NCBI GenBank assembly: GCA_964480775.1
Contig: CAYZRF010000009.1
Span: forward strand, 30,001-62,000
Direction of reading: 5' to 3'
DNA from: an uncultured Nitrososphaerota archaeon
GTDB lineage: Archaea; Korarchaeota; Korarchaeia; Korarchaeales; Korarchaeaceae
DNA length: 32,000 nucleotides
The first letter of the stretch is position 1. Each line of letters begins with the position of its first letter. Below the pieces are notes generated by a model. It was not told where the DNA came from and ran no database searches. It worked only from the letters and a program-made list of their open reading frames with translations. The translations under genes were made by a program, and so were the position numbers. This document shows, piece by piece, positions 27,922 to 32,000 of the stretch.

Positions 27922-29022
27922 TTAAATCGATTCGAATCTGTCCTTTAATTTCTCCAACACTTCTGGTAGAGTTGTATATTCCATTTCTGTAGATCCAAGT
28001 CTATGCGGCATAAATGGTCCATGCCTCCTGAGATAATCGGCAATTTCGTTTGCAATTTTCCTTGCCCTGTCAAATGAAACGTCAGAAAGTAAGTCACTAG
28101 GTCCGATCAGTTTGCCATTCTTAACGTTAAACCCCAGACCCACAACTCGCGGAGGGCCATCAAATCTACTCGGTCTAGCGTCTTTAAGCGAAACAGGCAT
28201 TAATGGACCATGATGCGAACCCCTCATCCAGCCAGCAACGAGATGGGACATGGCAAATGGTTCTAAAATCTCTCCCAACGCAGGGAATTGGCTTTGTGCA
28301 CGTACAATTGCTACTGGATCATCCTTTCCGACGTATTTTCCTGCTATGAGGCTTAATTTTGTCGTACTAATGGCTGCTGCAATATCCTTCTTCTCTCCCT
28401 TTGTATAGACCCTTCTCACGATATATCTGCTGGGAGTACCAATAAGGGCCAGTATATCATACATCTCCTCGGGACTTGATAACTCAACCTTTTTCCCTTC
28501 ATGAACATCCAAAACCTCGAAGATGAAGCCATCATGAAGTTTAGGCGAGATTACCAGTCCGGCTGTGTTGAAAGGATCGGCAAATATCTTGAACATGGGC
28601 AGGTTGAAGGCTCCGGGTTCTGTTTTATCAGCCATAAATACGACAAATGGCTCCGCTGGTCTTTCTTCGATTTCTATCTCGGCAAAGCCAGGTCCCATTC
28701 CACGTAAATTTCCTGAAAAGGCATCTGAAAGCAAATCTTGGCCAGCTCCATATAATCCAAGCTCTTTCGAGACATCTGTTGCTTTCTTGAAAATCTCCCA
28801 AGCGAGACTGTGTATATCTGAGGAATTCTCTCCTTTCTTGTGAGTCATTATGAGTTGTAAGTCGTCTCCTACCGCAGTCACGAAATAGTCAACTACTTCT
28901 CTTTTTCTCTTGGCTTCTGCTAACAAAGTCCGAGCAACTTCTAGCAGTTGATCTGGAACGATGTGATGTCCCGCTAAACTTCCAATATCGGCCTTAATTA
29001 CAGAAATCGTTATCTTGGCCAT
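27922..29022 (-). CDS. fbp: Fructose-1,6-bisphosphate aldolase/phosphatase (class V FBPase)
   Basis: 'MAKITISVIKADIGSLAGHH' is the characteristic N-terminus of the archaeal bifunctional FBP A/P, and the length is right at about 366 aa. ATG 29022 is preferred over the track's GTG 29052. Confidence 0.9.
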   Translation of the reverse strand: MAKITISVIKADIGSLAGHHIVPDQLLEVARTLLAEAKRKREVVDYFVTAVGDDLQLIMTHKKGENSSDIHSLAWEIFKKATDVSKELGLYGAGQDLLSDAFSGNLRGMGPGFAEIEIEERPAEPFVVFMADKTEPGAFNLPMFKIFADPFNTAGLVISPKLHDGFIFEVLDVHEGKKVELSSPEEMYDILALIGTPSRYIVRRVYTKGEKKDIAAAISTTKLSLIAGKYVGKDDPVAIVRAQSQFPALGEILEPFAMSHLVAGWMRGSHHGPLMPVSLKDARPSRFDGPPRVVGLGFNVKNGKLIGPSDLLSDVSFDRARKIANEIADYLRRHGPFMPHRLGSTEMEYTTLPEVLEKLKDRFESI

Positions 29023-29115
29023 TTTTCGATCCCTGAACAATAGTTCATGCACCTAAAAAAGGATTTGTCATGTTGAAGTAATCTGTTAGCAAATATTCGG
29101 AAATCTGTCTTAAGG

Positions 29116-30960
29116 TTGGTATATCGGAATGATTATGATTATAATGGCTTTTATGTAGTTATCTGTGACTTGAAGTTAGTAAGGATAACAGCAGTGTTCC
29201 TTATTTCCGCTCTTGCAATTTGTGGAGTGGTAGAGCCCATAGCTTCCTCGCTTTCTCAAGAATTTAGGATATTTCATGGCTTAGACGTCAAAAAACCAAT
29301 ATTGATTGTTTATAGAGACAAGTTTTCAATGCCTGCCAATCTAATGGCTCTTTCCATAAGATATTATGCAGTTAGGCCAGAGGATCTTAGAAACATAGAT
29401 ATATTCGATTTTTCAGCCGTTATATTTGATTATGGTGTCGGGCACGAAGACGTCAGCGGCTGGATCATATCAAACAATTGGAAACTCATAAAGTGGCTTG
29501 AAAATGGTGGAGCTTTTTTAGATTTCACATCTGGAGAAAGAGTTGTTTTCTTTGATTTAGAAATAGCTATTCCCGAAAATTTTGAGGTAAAGATAGTAGA
29601 AGATCACCCACTTCTGCATTGCCCTAATGTTCTAACTGATGTATCACCCGTGGCGCAAGTTGCATTCACTGGAGGCTCTGATCTGCAGAATTTTAAGGTT
29701 ATAATGGAAGCAGGAAGCAAGCCAACCTTATTGGTAAGGGAAATAGGGAGAGGGAGAGTTGTAATTTGTGGTCTTTACGGGGTTGGACCTTGGTTTAAGG
29801 GAGGTTTTATTGAAAATGCTCTTTATTGGGCTACAAAAGGCCAATTTTGGTCATCAACAGTATATGCGATGAGAAAAGATACTGAACACTTTGCTGTCCT
29901 CTATCCTCCTTTTGCGAACAAGTCAATACCGTTAATTTTGCCTTATTTGGATCAGGTGTACAATCTATTGGCCAAACTCTCAAGAAGACATCCATATAAT
30001 GGAGATAGAATTGTATTGGACTTTACCAAAGACATTTACTGGAGACTTGGTATGCCGGTGTCTGCTCTAGGAGGAAACCCGACTTTCATCGATATATGGA
30101 TGCTTCCTGAGGTTGGAGGCGATCAAGAAAGGCTGATCTCTGTAATCTTCCATGAGATGGGTCATGTTTTCTTAGGAAGTTACGATTTCTTGTATGGGGA
30201 CTTCTCGGAAATGCTTGCTGAGGTATCAAAGCTCTATCTACTCGAAAACCTTGGATTCAATGAACTTTTTGAGAAAGAGGTGAACGAGGCTTTAACTGCG
30301 CTTGAGATCTACGAAATAAATGGCGCAAATTTCTCCGAAATAAATGTGGAGGTCCTTACAGGTATGATGTTTAAGTTAAAGGAGGAGTACGGGTGGGAAC
30401 TCTTCTCAAGATACTTCAATCTTGTGGATAGATACGCTGTTTTTCCAAGGATTTCCTTCGATAGAAAAGTAAGTGCATTCGTTTATTTAATTAGCATAGC
30501 AGCTGGAGAGGACTTAAGTGACAAATTCAAAGAGTGGGGTTTCCCCATTATAAAAGCTCGGATCTCGTGTAATTTAGACAAGGTTTGGGGGCAGACAGGA
30601 AAGCCCATTAGAGTAGTTGGAGTTTTGGAGCCCCCAGTTGTGGGAGTAATTTTCATTGATTACAGAGTGGAGGGATCTAATAGATGGAAAGTGTTAGGAG
30701 TGACATCTACAGATGAATATGGATATTACAAATTTGAGTGGACGCCTTTTATTGAAGGGAGGTATGAGATAAGAGCTAGATGGGTGGAAGGTGTTGACAA
30801 CGAATTAGCGAGGTCTGAAATAAAATCCCTCACCACAGCCAAAAGCTTTCCTCTTAGTGAGCTGGGGGTTGGAAAGGTATTAATTCTTCTACTAAATCCT
30901 TTAGGTGCCTCTATCCTTTTGCTTTTCCTTCTTTTCATACACAAGAAGTTAAAACGCTAG
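29116..30960 (+). CDS. Membrane-anchored extracellular protein with an HExxH (gluzincin-like) motif and a C-terminal Ig-like domain plus TM anchor
   Basis: 614-aa ORF (TTG start, uncertain). N-terminal hydrophobic anchor 'ITAVFLISALAICGVV'. 'VIFHEMGHVFLG....FSEMLAE' (HExxH with a downstream Glu). 'YGYYKFEWTPFIEGRYEIRARW' is a beta-sandwich-like segment. C-terminal 'VLILLLNPLGASILLLFLLFIHKKLKR'. Confidence 0.6.
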   Translation: MVYRNDYDYNGFYVVICDLKLVRITAVFLISALAICGVVEPIASSLSQEFRIFHGLDVKKPILIVYRDKFSMPANLMALSIRYYAVRPEDLRNIDIFDFSAVIFDYGVGHEDVSGWIISNNWKLIKWLENGGAFLDFTSGERVVFFDLEIAIPENFEVKIVEDHPLLHCPNVLTDVSPVAQVAFTGGSDLQNFKVIMEAGSKPTLLVREIGRGRVVICGLYGVGPWFKGGFIENALYWATKGQFWSSTVYAMRKDTEHFAVLYPPFANKSIPLILPYLDQVYNLLAKLSRRHPYNGDRIVLDFTKDIYWRLGMPVSALGGNPTFIDIWMLPEVGGDQERLISVIFHEMGHVFLGSYDFLYGDFSEMLAEVSKLYLLENLGFNELFEKEVNEALTALEIYEINGANFSEINVEVLTGMMFKLKEEYGWELFSRYFNLVDRYAVFPRISFDRKVSAFVYLISIAAGEDLSDKFKEWGFPIIKARISCNLDKVWGQTGKPIRVVGVLEPPVVGVIFIDYRVEGSNRWKVLGVTSTDEYGYYKFEWTPFIEGRYEIRARWVEGVDNELARSEIKSLTTAKSFPLSELGVGKVLILLLNPLGASILLLFLLFIHKKLKR

Positions 30961-31155
30961 TCGCTGGTTCCTTAGCTAATAGAATATTTTTAGACAGAGA
31001 ATCTTTCTTATATGGGGGGATGAGCCTTAACTCCCGGCACTGACCTTGGGAATGAGGAAGCCGGCATTGAGGCGACCCTTCTTCCGACTTCCCAGCCAAA
31101 TCTGAACTTGACTTCCTTTTAGAATTACCTAGTACTAACAAAACATGGTGATTGG

Positions 31156-31857
31156 GTGACTCTGCTAGTAGGTGTTAGGTGTAGAGACGGAGTTGTTGCT
31201 GGTGCTGATTCTAAAATCCTTAGAGGGGGCGAGGTAGAGTACTCAGATAAGATTTTTGAAAAGAACAACGTGGTCATGGGAATTGAAGGACTTACTGGAT
31301 TGAGAGATGATTTTCTACTGCTTTTAGATGCTGAGATCGCAAGGAGAGGGGAGAAGATAACAAAACTGTACGAAATGAAGGTCGTCGTTGAAGACATAAT
31401 TTCAGATCTTACTAAGAGATATGCAAGCAGGGTTGGTGATTCTTCCCCAATTGGGGTCCTTTTGGCTGGTCTAGAGAAAATAACTGGAGGGAAGGCTATC
31501 CTATACTTTATACATGGAATAGGATACGGTGAGAGGGTTAACTTTATCTGCAGCGGACACGGCGGGCCTTACGCGACCGCTTTGGCGAAATATCTTTTAT
31601 CACCCGGTCTTAGCGTTGAAGAGAACGCAAAGTTGATAGCTTTCGTGATATCTTGGGTTAGCGAAGAGCTTGATGCAACGGTTGGTGGAAGACCGCTTGT
31701 GGCGATGATAAAAGACGAAGATGCTAGCATAACATATCTAGACGATAGCGTAATAGATGATATGATGGATAAAGCCCAAATTGCTAAGAAAGAGCTTAGA
31801 AAACTCTTTCCACTTGGATTTTCTGGGAATGATGGCCCTAAAGGAGTGAATAGATAG
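31156..31857 (+). CDS. Proteasome beta-type Ntn-hydrolase homologue without a propeptide
   Basis: GTG start 3 nt after GGTGAT. 'M-TLLVGVRCRDGVVAGADSK' aligns with the mature proteasome beta 'TTTVGIKCKDGVVLAADKR' (Thr1, Asp17). 'SDKIFE' is Lys33-like, and 'CSGHGGPYA' and 'DATVGG' are also conserved. Confidence 0.75.
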   Translation: MTLLVGVRCRDGVVAGADSKILRGGEVEYSDKIFEKNNVVMGIEGLTGLRDDFLLLLDAEIARRGEKITKLYEMKVVVEDIISDLTKRYASRVGDSSPIGVLLAGLEKITGGKAILYFIHGIGYGERVNFICSGHGGPYATALAKYLLSPGLSVEENAKLIAFVISWVSEELDATVGGRPLVAMIKDEDASITYLDDSVIDDMMDKAQIAKKELRKLFPLGFSGNDGPKGVNR

Positions 31858-31886
31858 AATAGTTGGGGAAAACGAGTTTCAGAAGT

Positions 31887-32000
31887 TCAAGGCATGTCCC
31901 GATTTAACTTGAGCTTGAGTTCTTCCAGTCTAACAAACAGCTCCACTATTGCGCTCATCATCAAAACCTCTCTTGCATCGGCTGGAGGATCAACTGAGTA
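31887..32000 (-). CDS. 3' end of an unidentified CDS running off the right edge
   Basis: Minus-strand frame is open from 32000 to a TGA at 31887-31889 (..YSVDPPADAREVLMMSAIVELFVRLEELKLKLNRDMP*). Too short to classify. Confidence 0.3.
   Translation of the reverse strand, partial: YSVDPPADAREVLMMSAIVELFVRLEELKLKLNRDMP

Noticed and set aside
27913-27948. An 11-codon ORF (MLSLNRFESVL) following an AAGGAGAG SD-like element.
   Set aside because: It is too short, overlaps the fbp 3' end on the opposite strand, and has no supporting feature.
29023-29052. N-terminal extensions proposed by the ORF track: fbp from GTG 29052, EIIA from GTG 9875, second PfkB from TTG 8882, OsmC from GTG 12352.
   Set aside because: For fbp, the second PfkB and OsmC, an internal ATG is preceded by an SD (GGTGAT or GGAGG) or matches the conserved family N-terminus (MAKITISVIKAD for fbp). 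For EIIA, the internal ATG gives the expected domain size. The added residues in all four are non-conserved.
31017-31105. Possible C/D-box sRNA: GATGAG / CTGA / ATGAGGA / CTGA elements on the plus strand of the GC-rich island.
   Set aside because: Both box-C-like elements deviate from RUGAUGA. Spacings are about 16 nt from C to D' and about 43 nt from C' to D, instead of about 12. This does not fit the compact archaeal C/D architecture. It is kept only as a generic structured-RNA candidate.

Overview
AT-rich window (about 40% GC by eye) that looks like a thermophilic archaeal chromosome. Support: a class V fructose-1,6-bisphosphate aldolase/phosphatase, a Pyrococcus-type Asp-ligated ferredoxin, GGAGG/GGTGAT Shine-Dalgarno elements, A/T-rich TATA-like boxes about 25 nt before some starts, frequent GTG/TTG starts, and a very sequon-rich surface protein. 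Gene order: ribokinase; two COG0402 amidohydrolase/deaminase paralogues flanking a three-gene ABC-2 exporter; a BtpA/SgcQ - PfkB - PfkB - PTS EIIA - LarA-like cluster; OsmC plus 2-oxoacid dehydrogenase E2-E1beta-E1alpha (no E3 in the window), divergent from ptsH-ptsI; a ferredoxin; an 8.9-kb gene for a 2968-aa DUF11-repeat surface glycoprotein; a translationally coupled small 2-TM gene; FBP aldolase/phosphatase; a membrane-anchored HExxH protein; a proteasome-beta-like Ntn hydrolase without a propeptide; and a partial CDS at the right edge. I recognised no rRNA, tRNA, CRISPR array or IS element. Best candidates for something undescribed: (1) the giant surface protein continues past its membrane anchor into a complete, probably degenerate, PIN-like (COG2405/DUF3368-type) cytoplasmic domain and is coupled to a small 2-TM gene; (2) a PTS phosphorelay (EI, HPr, EIIA) with no EIIB/EIIC in the window, in an archaeal setting, next to an sgc-like BtpA/kinase/LarA cluster and divergent from a 2-oxoacid dehydrogenase operon. 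All family calls come from motif reading by eye and need HMM or structure confirmation.
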